A stretch of DNA of 50,654 nucleotides from Methanobacteriota archaeon (GTDB lineage Archaea > Undinarchaeota > Undinarchaeia > Undinarchaeales > Undinarchaeaceae), in assembly GCA_002687935.1 (NCBI GenBank), contig NZBN01000004.1, positions 1 through 50,654 on the forward strand. Reading direction: 5' to 3'. This document shows, piece by piece, positions 27,883 to 37,166 of this stretch. Position numbers and translations under genes: made by a program. The notes beneath the pieces were generated by a model. It did no database searches. It was given only the letters and a program-made list of their open reading frames with translations, and was not told where the DNA came from. Positions within the stretch are counted from its first letter, which is position 1. Each line of letters starts with the position of its first letter.

Positions 27883-27985
27883 TGGGCCAGCCGAGATTTG
27901 AACTCGGGACCTCGCGCTTTCTTAAGCGAGTGTACGAAACGACGCCTTATAAGACGCGCGCTCCACCAGGCTAAGCTACTGGCCC
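27883..27985 (-). tRNA. tRNA-Ile(TAT) with 29-nt intron at 37/38 (27919-27947)
   Basis: Anticodon arm CGCGT-CTTATA|A-GCGCG; perfect BHB (CTTA/TAAG central helix, 3-nt bulges, GGCG/CGCT intron helix). Confidence 0.9.
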
Positions 27986-28125
27986 ATGATACGCAAACTT
28001 ACCAGTGCCCCCATCACCATCGAAAAGAGGCACGCGGCTTCGCTGAGATTAGGTTCGTATTATTCCTATCTCAACTGAGCTGTGCATGACAGTATAGGGG
28101 AAATGCTCTCTTAAATAGTTTTCAC

Positions 28126-29412
28126 TTAGTTTTTAATGAGAAGGTAGAACAACAGTCCAATAATTAACACAAAGAAGCCATATAGAAGAATTGTAGACCC
28201 AAGATTGAACAACATCAGAAATGACGTCAGAATTCCGAGTACAGCAGGAAGAGGAATATTTGCCACATTGAATGGGATTCTGAAAATTCTTTTGAGATCT
28301 GGGGATTTGTAACGCAAAATTATAACCGAGCTATTTATTATTATGAAAGTAATGAATATTGAAAAATTTGTGAGGTTCGCAACAGCCTCTATATTTCTGA
28401 GAAGAAGAATTATCACTATTGCCAATGCAGACACAGAAAATGTTGAAACATACGGAGTTTTTAGTTTGCTATGAACTTTGGAAAAGACTTTTGGAAAACT
28501 CCCGTCCTCACTCATTCCATATGAGAGTCGTGAAGCAGAAAGAAGCATAATTAGGACTGTATTTGCTGTTGAAAATAAAGCAATAACAGCGAGAACAGTA
28601 AATGCACTCGGACCAAATCCTATTGCGGCAACGTCAGCCAGAGGAGATGATGAGGTTCCAAGAGATTCCCATCCGACAACTGAAACTATCGCAAGAGAAA
28701 CCAGAATATAGAGAATAGTTGTTACACTAATAGAGATTAGAAGGGCAAGGGGGATATTTTTGGTTGGGTTTTTTGTTTCCTCTGCTAGCTGAACTATTTC
28801 CTCAAAACCAATATATGCAAAAAATATCAGAGCCGCTGCAGCCATGATGCCTGAAAAACCGCTTGGCATTTCAAGATAATTTACAGAGCCAAGATGAGGA
28901 AGCCCAATCCATAGAATAATAAGAAGCCCAACAATTTCCAGTAGAGTACAGCCAATTGCAAACCAAGCTGATTGTTTTATTCCGTAACTTAATATGAGAG
29001 AAACCAAGACAATAAGAATAACTGCAGAAAGGATTATTTCTGTCCCGAAAAGTGCTGAGAAATAGCCAGCAAATCCGAGGGCTACCGCCGCAGAACCTAT
29101 TCCAAGTCCAACTATGAGAAGCCAGCTAACGAGATATGCGACAAAAGAACCAAAAGCATATTTTGCATAATAGTATTCTCCTCCAGCCTTTGGTATGAAG
29201 GAACTTAGCTCTGCGTAGCTTAAACCAGTAAGAGCAGCTACAAAAGCAGCCATTATGAAGGACATCCAAACAGCGTTTCCTCCAAGGGCTGCTGCCTTTC
29301 CTATAAGAGCATAAATGCCCGCTCCAAGAATAACTCCAATCCCCATAAGGGAACATTCAACAAGCCCTAATGAACGTGAAAGTTTGGCAGTCATAATCAG
29401 ACTATGATACAC
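28126..29412 (-). CDS. APC-family amino acid permease
   Basis: GIGVILGAGIY, YAEL, FFAYIGFEE; about 12 TM segments. Confidence 0.93.
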   Translation of the reverse strand: MYHSLIMTAKLSRSLGLVECSLMGIGVILGAGIYALIGKAAALGGNAVWMSFIMAAFVAALTGLSYAELSSFIPKAGGEYYYAKYAFGSFVAYLVSWLLIVGLGIGSAAVALGFAGYFSALFGTEIILSAVILIVLVSLILSYGIKQSAWFAIGCTLLEIVGLLIILWIGLPHLGSVNYLEMPSGFSGIMAAAALIFFAYIGFEEIVQLAEETKNPTKNIPLALLISISVTTILYILVSLAIVSVVGWESLGTSSSPLADVAAIGFGPSAFTVLAVIALFSTANTVLIMLLSASRLSYGMSEDGSFPKVFSKVHSKLKTPYVSTFSVSALAIVIILLLRNIEAVANLTNFSIFITFIIINSSVIILRYKSPDLKRIFRIPFNVANIPLPAVLGILTSFLMLFNLGSTILLYGFFVLIIGLLFYLLIKN

Positions 29413-29422
29413 TAATATTAAT

Positions 29423-30244
29423 CTATTGCACTTCTTCGTTTAAGGCCTCTTCTATATCAAGAATTTCCAGGTCGAACAGAAGTGTTTCTCCTGCCATTGG
29501 ATGATTAAAGTCTGTGTAAATGAATGTGTCGTCAATATCCTCAATATAGCCAAGGCGACCATCTAACTGAATTGGATTACCGACCTTTGCAAGGTTTTCA
29601 ACAATGTAACCATCGTCTGTCACATCAATAACCTTGAGTGAATATGGATAGTTGAAAATGTAATAGAGAGAGCCGTTGACAAGGTGATGTGTTATGTTTA
29701 CAGTATCTCCTGAAATTGAACCAACTGTTGTTTTCCAGTGAGTTCCAGGTAATTTTATATCAACACCATAGCCCAGTGGAGTATCGCCAAGTATTTCTTC
29801 AATATAACTCTTGTCAGCCTCAGTTGTCAGAGGGAGACTGATGTATCTGAACTGTTTGGCAACTAATGAAAGATTTTTCTCTCCGTAACCGTCTTTTGGA
29901 AGAACTCTTATACTAATCTTGTCTCCGACAGAGCTTCCCAAGAGGGCAGATTCGACACCAGGAATTAGCCTGCCACCTCCAAGAACTACTGTAAGGTTTC
30001 CTGACTCAGGAAGACCTCCGTTTGCAGTCTGGACTGAATAAAAGAAAGTGATAGTGTCACCAGATTCAGCACCACCTGAAGGGAAAAATAATGAAAGTGT
30101 AGCTATTACGAGCACTACCATTCCAATAAGAAGAATCTTCTGTGCAGGCGTCCTTGTGCTTAGGAATTTTTTTGCCCTTTTGAAAGTGTCAGATTTCTTG
30201 CGAACTGTGTTTTTCTTTTTGCTTGTACTTTTTTTCTTTGCCAT
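29423..30244 (-). CDS. Membrane-anchored FKBP-type PPIase with large insert
   Basis: G...LIPGVESALLG, PKDGYG, DFNHPMAGETLLFDLEI; N-terminal basic stretch plus TM helix. Confidence 0.85.
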   Translation of the reverse strand: MAKKKSTSKKKNTVRKKSDTFKRAKKFLSTRTPAQKILLIGMVVLVIATLSLFFPSGGAESGDTITFFYSVQTANGGLPESGNLTVVLGGGRLIPGVESALLGSSVGDKISIRVLPKDGYGEKNLSLVAKQFRYISLPLTTEADKSYIEEILGDTPLGYGVDIKLPGTHWKTTVGSISGDTVNITHHLVNGSLYYIFNYPYSLKVIDVTDDGYIVENLAKVGNPIQLDGRLGYIEDIDDTFIYTDFNHPMAGETLLFDLEILDIEEALNEEVQ

Positions 30245-30280
30245 AAGACCACACTAACCTAATCACTGATAAATACTTTT

Positions 30281-31612
30281 CTACATACCAGGGAAGCCTT
30301 TAAAATTCTTCATCATTTTTTTCATAGCTCCTTGGTTCTTTCCGAAGCGCTTCATCATTTTCTTTGTCATTTTATACTGCTTCAACAGAGTTCTCACATT
30401 TTCAACGCTTGTTCCGGCACCACTTGCTATTCTCTCAACCCTACTCTTGTCAAGAAGCTCTGGGTTCTCAAGCTCCATGTTTGTCATAGAATCCATAATA
30501 ACCATGAAAGAATTCATTCTGTCCTGGGACATGTCCATCTGATCCTTAGGAATGTCGGCCCCCATAGGCATCATCTCCATAACTTTCTTGAGAGGTCCCA
30601 TTTTTTTCATGCCCTCTATTTGTTTGTAAAGGTCTTTGAGATTGAAGTCACCCTTGAGCATTGACTGAACTTGATCTTCCTCAACTTCTCCGAAAATTTC
30701 CTGCGTCTTCTTCAGAAGAGATTCCAAATCACCCATACCAAGGAGTTTTCCGACGAATTTATCAGGTTTAAAGGCCTCAAAATCCTCAGAGCGTTCACCC
30801 AGACCTACGAATTTTATCGGAACATCAAGAGCAGAGCAGGCTGAAAGTGCACCTCCACCTTTTGCAGTAGAATCTAGCTTAGTAAGTATTACGCCGTCGA
30901 TTCCTACAAGTTCATTGAAACCTTTTGCAACGGGTTCTGCCTTTTGACCAAGGTCCGCTGGAATGACCAGGAGTTTCTCCTCTGCCTTGAACTCCTTGTC
31001 GAGTTTTTTCAGTTCCTTTGAAAGCTCTTCATCAACAGTATCACGTCCTGCCGAGTCGACTATGACAACGTCAAATCCTTTTGTCTCCTTTAGAGAATTT
31101 TTTAAAACCTTTAGGGCTGACTTCTCCTTGGGATTTCCGAATACAGGAACATCGATTTCCTCACCAATCTGTTTCAGCTGTTCATATGCAGCAGGTCTCC
31201 AAGTGTCAGTAGATATGAGAGCTACTTTTAAACCCTGCTTCTTTAGATGGCGGGCGAGTTTCCCACAAGTTGTTGTCTTTCCTGAACCGAAAAGTCCGAC
31301 CAGCATTATTCTTGAAACTTTTCCAATATCCTTTGCCTCTACCTTGCCCCCGAGAGCGGTGGTTATTTCTTCATAAACTATGTTGAGTATATGCTCGCGT
31401 TTTGAGAGTCCTTCGGGTGGCTTCTCATCCCAGGCACGCGATTTTATATTCTCTGTCATACCAAAAACAAGTTTAACATTAACATCAGCAGACAGCATTG
31501 CCCTCTGAATATCCTTGACAACTTCATCGAGAGTATTTTTGTCGACATAACCAGCTTTCGCTATCCTACGAATTCCGTCTCTCAATGATTTGCCAAGTCC
31601 CTCAAGAACCAT
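30281..31612 (-). CDS. ffh: Signal recognition particle protein SRP54
   Basis: GLFGSGKTTT, DTWRPAA, DSAGR, TKLDSTAKGGG, M domain SMT...RVERIA.G. Confidence 0.97.
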   Translation of the reverse strand: MVLEGLGKSLRDGIRRIAKAGYVDKNTLDEVVKDIQRAMLSADVNVKLVFGMTENIKSRAWDEKPPEGLSKREHILNIVYEEITTALGGKVEAKDIGKVSRIMLVGLFGSGKTTTCGKLARHLKKQGLKVALISTDTWRPAAYEQLKQIGEEIDVPVFGNPKEKSALKVLKNSLKETKGFDVVIVDSAGRDTVDEELSKELKKLDKEFKAEEKLLVIPADLGQKAEPVAKGFNELVGIDGVILTKLDSTAKGGGALSACSALDVPIKFVGLGERSEDFEAFKPDKFVGKLLGMGDLESLLKKTQEIFGEVEEDQVQSMLKGDFNLKDLYKQIEGMKKMGPLKKVMEMMPMGADIPKDQMDMSQDRMNSFMVIMDSMTNMELENPELLDKSRVERIASGAGTSVENVRTLLKQYKMTKKMMKRFGKNQGAMKKMMKNFKGFPGM

Positions 31613-31647
31613 AATACAACAGTAACTGTTCGCTTTTATAACTCTTA

Positions 31648-32934
31648 TTAGTTCATAATACTGCCCATTAACTGCCTTGCTCGGGCTTCAGAATGAGCTT
31701 CTACTGTAATACGCACTTTTTCCTCTGTGCCTGACTTTCTTACAAGTATCCAGGCATCTTCCAATTGAATCCGAATTCCGTCTGTCTCACTTAGTTCTCC
31801 GCCAAGTTTCTTCGCATTTTCAGACAGTTTTTTGAAGGATTTTTCCCTGTCTCCTTCAACGACGCCCCTCAGAATTGGGTAGCTGGGAATCTCGGCAACG
31901 AGTTCTGACATACTTTTTCCAGAAATCTCTATTGTTTCCAGAATTTTCATGGCAGCAAGAAGCCCGTCAGGGCAGAGATGGACTTCCGGAAATATGTAGC
32001 AACCGCTTGCTTCTCCGCCAAATGTTCCTTTTTCTTTTTTGAGAGCCTCAGAAACATAAACGTCACCGACTTTTGTACGAATAACTTTTGCTCCAATTTC
32101 GTCGATTGCCATTGAAGTGTCAACAGGAACTGCTATTGTGGCATTTTTTCCTATTTCAGATTTTGCAAGGATTGCTAGTAGAGTGTCCTGCTTTACGAAG
32201 TCGCCCTGATTATCAATTACAGCGACTCTGTCACCGTCACCGTCGAATGCAAAGCCGACATCCGCTTTAGATGTGATAACTTTTTTCTTGAGCTCTGAAA
32301 GATTTTTCTCAGAGGGTTCTGACAGCCGATTTGGGAACATACCATCTGGCTTGTCAAAAATTGAAACATTGTTAGAAACTCTGCTCAGGATTTCAGGAGC
32401 AGTTAGTGTTGCAGAGCCATTTCCGCAGTCAGAAACTGTTTTCAAGCCACCTTCCAGTGAAAAGGCTGCTGTGATACCCTCCATATATCTCTCAAGAGCC
32501 TCTATTGGACGGGAATTCTGTATATCCTCCCAACCAACACGCTTAACTTTACCAGATTCAATAAGATTTTCTATCTCCTTTTCCATTTCAGGAGAATACG
32601 CAGAACCGTCTGACTGCCACAATTTAACTCCGTTGAATTCAGGAGGATTGTGGGAAGCAGTTATAATGGCGCCTGCAGATGCCTTGAATTTTTTTGTTGC
32701 ATATGCAAGAACAGGTGTAGGGCAGGCACCGGCATCGAGAACTTCGGCACCAGTAGAAAGGAACCCAGAAACCAAGGCTGATTGCAATTGTTTTGAGCTT
32801 GTTCTGAAGTCCCTTCCGACGCAGACGACTCCTTCTGCCTGAGTTCCAAGTGAGAGTCCTATTTTTGTAAAAAGCTCTGCGCTCACAAAATCCGGATAAA
32901 GACCACGTATTCCCGAAGTTCCGAAAAGTTTCAT
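31648..32934 (-). CDS. glmM: Phosphoglucosamine mutase / PMM-PGM family
   Basis: FGTSGIRG, TASHNP, FDGDGDR, GGEASG; substrate specificity not resolvable. Confidence 0.88.
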   Translation of the reverse strand: MKLFGTSGIRGLYPDFVSAELFTKIGLSLGTQAEGVVCVGRDFRTSSKQLQSALVSGFLSTGAEVLDAGACPTPVLAYATKKFKASAGAIITASHNPPEFNGVKLWQSDGSAYSPEMEKEIENLIESGKVKRVGWEDIQNSRPIEALERYMEGITAAFSLEGGLKTVSDCGNGSATLTAPEILSRVSNNVSIFDKPDGMFPNRLSEPSEKNLSELKKKVITSKADVGFAFDGDGDRVAVIDNQGDFVKQDTLLAILAKSEIGKNATIAVPVDTSMAIDEIGAKVIRTKVGDVYVSEALKKEKGTFGGEASGCYIFPEVHLCPDGLLAAMKILETIEISGKSMSELVAEIPSYPILRGVVEGDREKSFKKLSENAKKLGGELSETDGIRIQLEDAWILVRKSGTEEKVRITVEAHSEARARQLMGSIMN

Positions 32935-32991
32935 AACAAATAATAGAACTTAGGCTCATTATAAATAATTCTACGACTATATTTTTTCCCT

Positions 32992-33828
32992 ATGAAGTGT
33001 TCTGCAGTCCTACTATCTCCAGGCTCACAGGAAGGAAGGAATCCGTCCTTCCTTGATGTCTATGGGGAAACAATACTGGAAATAGCTTTCAGAAACGCCA
33101 AGAAGGCTTTCAAGAGAACTCTTGTTGTAGCTGAGGATTACAAAACTCAGAAAGAATACGAAAAAATTGTTGATTGTGATGTTGTAGTAGACATGAGTGA
33201 AGAAAAAAGCGTTCTCAGCCGGCTGAATACCGGACTAAGGGTTTGTGGAACAGATTATGCCTTCATTACAACATCTGCTATGCCCTTAATCGATCAGAAA
33301 GCTGTAGAATTGATGAAGTCTAAAATAGATGGGCAGGAGTATGACTCCGTTGTTCCAAGAATTGGAAATTCTTTGGAACTTCTGCACTCAATTTATCGAG
33401 CAAAGACTGTCTCAAAATCACTAGAAGCCGGAGAAGGGGACCTTTCCTACAATCTTGAGACTGCTCTTACAAAGATGAACACACTTTTTATTCCCGAAAG
33501 TGAATTTTCAGAACTGGATTCAAGTCTTTCAAGCTTTTTCAAAGTGAGGAGTGAAATAGACTATCAAACACTCAAAAATAGATACAGGAAAAAGACTTAT
33601 AGAAACAGGCTGAAAAAAGCCAGTAGGATTTCATCAGAAATAATTGCCGAAATAGAGACTGAAAATACTGCATATTACAGAGTGCCAGGAACAGAAAAGA
33701 GTCATGAAGTAGTACTCAATAAAAGGAAGGATATGTGGAGCTGTGATTGCCGCTATTTCACGATGAGAGGAAACTACTGCTCACATATACTTGCGAGCCA
33801 GAAAAAAAGGGAGAAAGATGCTGAGTAA
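32992..33828 (+). CDS. MobA-like NTP-transferase fold fused to a SWIM zinc finger
   Basis: MobA-like layout (L.TGL, AMPLI, ELLHSIY); C-terminal WSCDC......YCSHILA. Confidence 0.7.
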   Translation: MKCSAVLLSPGSQEGRNPSFLDVYGETILEIAFRNAKKAFKRTLVVAEDYKTQKEYEKIVDCDVVVDMSEEKSVLSRLNTGLRVCGTDYAFITTSAMPLIDQKAVELMKSKIDGQEYDSVVPRIGNSLELLHSIYRAKTVSKSLEAGEGDLSYNLETALTKMNTLFIPESEFSELDSSLSSFFKVRSEIDYQTLKNRYRKKTYRNRLKKASRISSEIIAEIETENTAYYRVPGTEKSHEVVLNKRKDMWSCDCRYFTMRGNYCSHILASQKKREKDAE

Positions 33829-35299
33829 TTTTAAGATAGCAGAAGAAACGCGAAAGGATTTGAAGACTCCGATTGGAGAGCTCATAGAAGAGCTTCCAAG
33901 AAGCGGAGACGGGCTCATAGCAGTCGGAGATATCACAACACTGAGACTACTGAAAGAAGGTATAACTCCAGATATATGTGTTATTGACTATAAAGCAGAG
34001 CGAGAGCCTCTTTCAGAAGAAGATGTAAAAACTCTGAAAGCTTTGGATGTACAGGAAATTAAAGCAGAAAATAATGCCGGAGAAATATCACTTTCAGCTT
34101 GGAAGGCTTTTGAAGACGCTCTCAAAAATACCCCTGCGAAAATTGTGATTGATGGAGAAGATGACCTTCTTGCTCTTGCCGCGCTTTTCCTTGCACCTGA
34201 AGGAAGTAAGGTGATATACGGACAGCCAGATATTGGAACGGCAATGTTTGAAGTGTCGGACAAACTAAGACAGAAATATGTTGAAGTTCTTATTCACGGA
34301 AAAGGCAGAGAATTCCTAAATTCCATACAGGGAAAGGTTGTAATCGTGCACGACAGCGATGCTGACGGAGCCTGTTCTGCAATAGTATTCGCAAAATATC
34401 TCGAGGATAGGAAGGTCGAAGTTGTTCTGATGGAAAGCAGTGACCCGTTGATACACAGTAACACAAAAAAAGAAATTAGAAAGACAGAAGCAGAAAATCT
34501 CATTGTTCTTGACCTTGGAAGCGAAGCTTATGACTCTTTGAAAGAATTAAGTGAGGAAATGCACGTGATGGTTCTTGACCACCACAAGGTAGTTGGAAGT
34601 CCTGATTTTGGGAAAACTCTTGTTCTTAATCCTCATTTGTTTAAACTTCCAGATGAAGTTGTCGGACCAACTTCTTACCTAGCATATGTTATATGCCAAG
34701 AACTTGACTGGGTCGCCATTATAGGAACTATAGCAGACAAAGGTTTCTATCCTGCAGAGGAACTTCTTAGCTCTGTCAAAAAACGATACAAAGTTGACTT
34801 TGAAAGACTGAGTCAGATGTTTGAAGCAGGTGCAGTACTGAGGAAGTTGGCAGAGACTAGAGATGCAGTCAGAAATGCAGAATCGCCTGAAGAAGTGGAA
34901 AAATCTGAAACCTTGATTGGTTTTGAAAAAGAATATTTACAGGAGCTTGAGAGGCTGAAAAAACTTCATGAGACTGATGCTGAGGAACTAGCAGAAGGAA
35001 GAATAATTCTTTTTGATTTCACTTCAGAATACAGAGTACGGGGAATGGTGTCAAATATGCTTCAGTCCATGTATACGGAAAAATCAATAATAGTGGCAGA
35101 AAAGGTCGGACAGCACTACTATTTCAGTATGCGGGCAGGCGGACAAAAAGTTGACTTGGTTAAAATAATAAAATATGCGATTGAAGGACTTGCCGAATCG
35201 AATGGCGGAGGACATACAAAGGCAGCCGGTGCCAGAGTAATGGCAGGAGACCGTGACAAGTTCATAAGCGGCTTTGTTGAAAAGTTCAAAGAAATATAG
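33818..35299 (+). CDS. GTP-dependent dephospho-CoA kinase (DUF359) fused to a DHH/DHHA1 phosphoesterase
   Basis: VGDITT, IDYK..R, N.AG.IS, DGEDDL; then HDSDADG, VLDLG, LDHH, GGGHTKAAG. Confidence 0.85.
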   Translation: MLSNFKIAEETRKDLKTPIGELIEELPRSGDGLIAVGDITTLRLLKEGITPDICVIDYKAEREPLSEEDVKTLKALDVQEIKAENNAGEISLSAWKAFEDALKNTPAKIVIDGEDDLLALAALFLAPEGSKVIYGQPDIGTAMFEVSDKLRQKYVEVLIHGKGREFLNSIQGKVVIVHDSDADGACSAIVFAKYLEDRKVEVVLMESSDPLIHSNTKKEIRKTEAENLIVLDLGSEAYDSLKELSEEMHVMVLDHHKVVGSPDFGKTLVLNPHLFKLPDEVVGPTSYLAYVICQELDWVAIIGTIADKGFYPAEELLSSVKKRYKVDFERLSQMFEAGAVLRKLAETRDAVRNAESPEEVEKSETLIGFEKEYLQELERLKKLHETDAEELAEGRIILFDFTSEYRVRGMVSNMLQSMYTEKSIIVAEKVGQHYYFSMRAGGQKVDLVKIIKYAIEGLAESNGGGHTKAAGARVMAGDRDKFISGFVEKFKEI

Positions 35300-35334
35300 A
35301 AACGTTTATAAGAAGCATTTCATTAACAGCAAAT

Positions 35335-35703
35335 ATGAAAAGGCAAGTCTGGAAAGTTTTCCAGTTCACAGGCTGGTTCGTTGTTCTTCTTGCAATTACG
35401 CTTGGCCTTCTCTACGCAAGCATACTTATTGGAGAGCAGATATACGGAAGCGCATTACTGATTGTAGTTGGAATAATCCTTGTAATATTGGGTGAGCACT
35501 TCATATCAATAAAGTATGCAAAACGCTACCTTCTAGTGTGGCAGGCAGGTTCAATCGCAGGAGCATTTTCAATAACTATTGGAGTAATCTGGTTAGTTAT
35601 ACAATTCCTACAGGAGTACCAGTCATGGTACAGCATACTCATCCTTCTCGCTCTGGGCATAGGACTCATAGTAGTAGGGGAGAACTTTAAACTAGAAAAA
35701 TGA
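35335..35703 (+). CDS. Membrane protein (about 4 TM)
   Basis: Hydrophobic 122-aa ORF. Confidence 0.7.
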   Translation: MKRQVWKVFQFTGWFVVLLAITLGLLYASILIGEQIYGSALLIVVGIILVILGEHFISIKYAKRYLLVWQAGSIAGAFSITIGVIWLVIQFLQEYQSWYSILILLALGIGLIVVGENFKLEK

Positions 35704-35948
35704 AGGAGAAGACCAAGTTTATGCTCGTTGCGACGCTTGTTATAATGCTTGTTTTAAGCGCAGCGATTGAGGCAAGGTCCAGCAGAACTGCTGATGCACC
35801 AGCAAAACAGGATAGTGGCGGTGTTGGTGGTCAGTTTCTTCAGAGTTTCACCTGTATATTCACGCAGTGTGGCTGGCCTGCTATCATAATACTAATACTA
35901 CCTGTTTTCGGAATGTGGGTTTACAAGAAATATTTCAGTCTTTGGTAG
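35700..35948 (+). CDS. Small membrane protein
   Basis: 82 aa with N- and C-terminal hydrophobic helices; start overlaps the upstream stop. Confidence 0.65.
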   Translation: MKEKTKFMLVATLVIMLVLSAAIEARSSRTADAPAKQDSGGVGGQFLQSFTCIFTQCGWPAIIILILPVFGMWVYKKYFSLW

Positions 35949-35988
35949 ACATGGGTAAAATATATAAGGAAAATAATGCACTTAATAG

Positions 35989-36477
35989 GTGATAACAATG
36001 GCTACGGTAGCACCAAAAGTAAAAGAAGAACTTAAAAGAACCCTTCATCGGGTATTTAGACCTCTTGAACCAAGAGTAGAAATTAAACTTTTGAAGGATT
36101 CAGAACCGATAACAAAAGATATCATAGATACTGTTGTAGATATTGTAAGAAATGCTGAGAAAGGAACAGATATTAAGGATTTAACTGAGGAAGTTCACAC
36201 GATAGCTGAAGAAAAAGTCAGATCAGGAAAATGGAACCTCCATTCAGCAATAGTTGCAGTAGGGGATTTGCTTCAAAGTTCAAAATCCCTAAAAGGACTT
36301 GACAACGACCAGCAGGCAAAGGTTAGAATTCTTATCGGAGACGTTATTGGATCATCTATGGCGGAAGTCGTTGAATCTCTTGACAGACTTGAGGGAGCAG
36401 CAGGAATTGAAAGTAGGTCTATCGTTAACAGAGTGAAAAGTGCCTTCTCCAGAAAATGGATAGAACGGGCTCTGTAA
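35989..36477 (+). CDS. Hypothetical protein
   Basis: 162-aa ORF; no family recognised. Confidence 0.65.
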   Translation: MITMATVAPKVKEELKRTLHRVFRPLEPRVEIKLLKDSEPITKDIIDTVVDIVRNAEKGTDIKDLTEEVHTIAEEKVRSGKWNLHSAIVAVGDLLQSSKSLKGLDNDQQAKVRILIGDVIGSSMAEVVESLDRLEGAAGIESRSIVNRVKSAFSRKWIERAL

Positions 36478-36550
36478 TCTCTGAGTTTTAATTGTTTTAA
36501 AAACGTAGTGCGAGCTCAGAATTTAATTATTTTTATTAAATAAAGCGAAC

Positions 36551-37093
36551 TTAAGACTTGGCTCCATCTAGTGTTTCGTGGGCTTCCTTTCCGGCTATTC
36601 GAACCTCGTGACCCCAGAGCCTCCAGGTTTTCTTTCCGGTTTTCTTTGACTCAATCTCAGCCAACTGGCGTATATTCCTTGCAGCCGACATAAGAGGACC
36701 TTCCCCAGTCCAAGTTGTCACTCCGCGCTTGATACTTGTGGAGAAATTAAGGGAAGATAGAATTTTATCAATGTGAACTTTCTCATCTTCAGACGCTGCT
36801 TTCTTTCTCTCAGTGTAATAGGTAATAAGATTGCGAAACATTGAAACTATGGCAAGTGAAATTATGAATATATTCTCATCCTCCCCCTCGTGCGCTTCTG
36901 CAGCCATTTCAGGGTGTTTGAGTTCCTTTTTCAGAGAATGAATCGCTTCCTTCAGATTTGATGCAACATCACGATGCCTTACAGCTATGGGGTGAACAAT
37001 TTTGCCAAGAATTTCTTCCAGAGCCTCAAGCTCTTTTTCTACATCCTCTTCACCTTCAGAAATAACACTTATTTCCTGTATATCATCTACCAT
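36551..37093 (-). CDS. Hypothetical protein
   Basis: 180-aa ORF; no family recognised. Confidence 0.65.
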   Translation of the reverse strand: MVDDIQEISVISEGEEDVEKELEALEEILGKIVHPIAVRHRDVASNLKEAIHSLKKELKHPEMAAEAHEGEDENIFIISLAIVSMFRNLITYYTERKKAASEDEKVHIDKILSSLNFSTSIKRGVTTWTGEGPLMSAARNIRQLAEIESKKTGKKTWRLWGHEVRIAGKEAHETLDGAKS

Positions 37094-37166
37094 AGAGACT
37101 TTTTGTATATTTGCATATAAAACACTTGCGATAAAAACTATTAAATAAGAAAGACTAAAAGATACT

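Noticed and set aside
32273-32842. 189-aa plus-strand ORF
   Set aside because: Antisense shadow of the phosphohexomutase gene.
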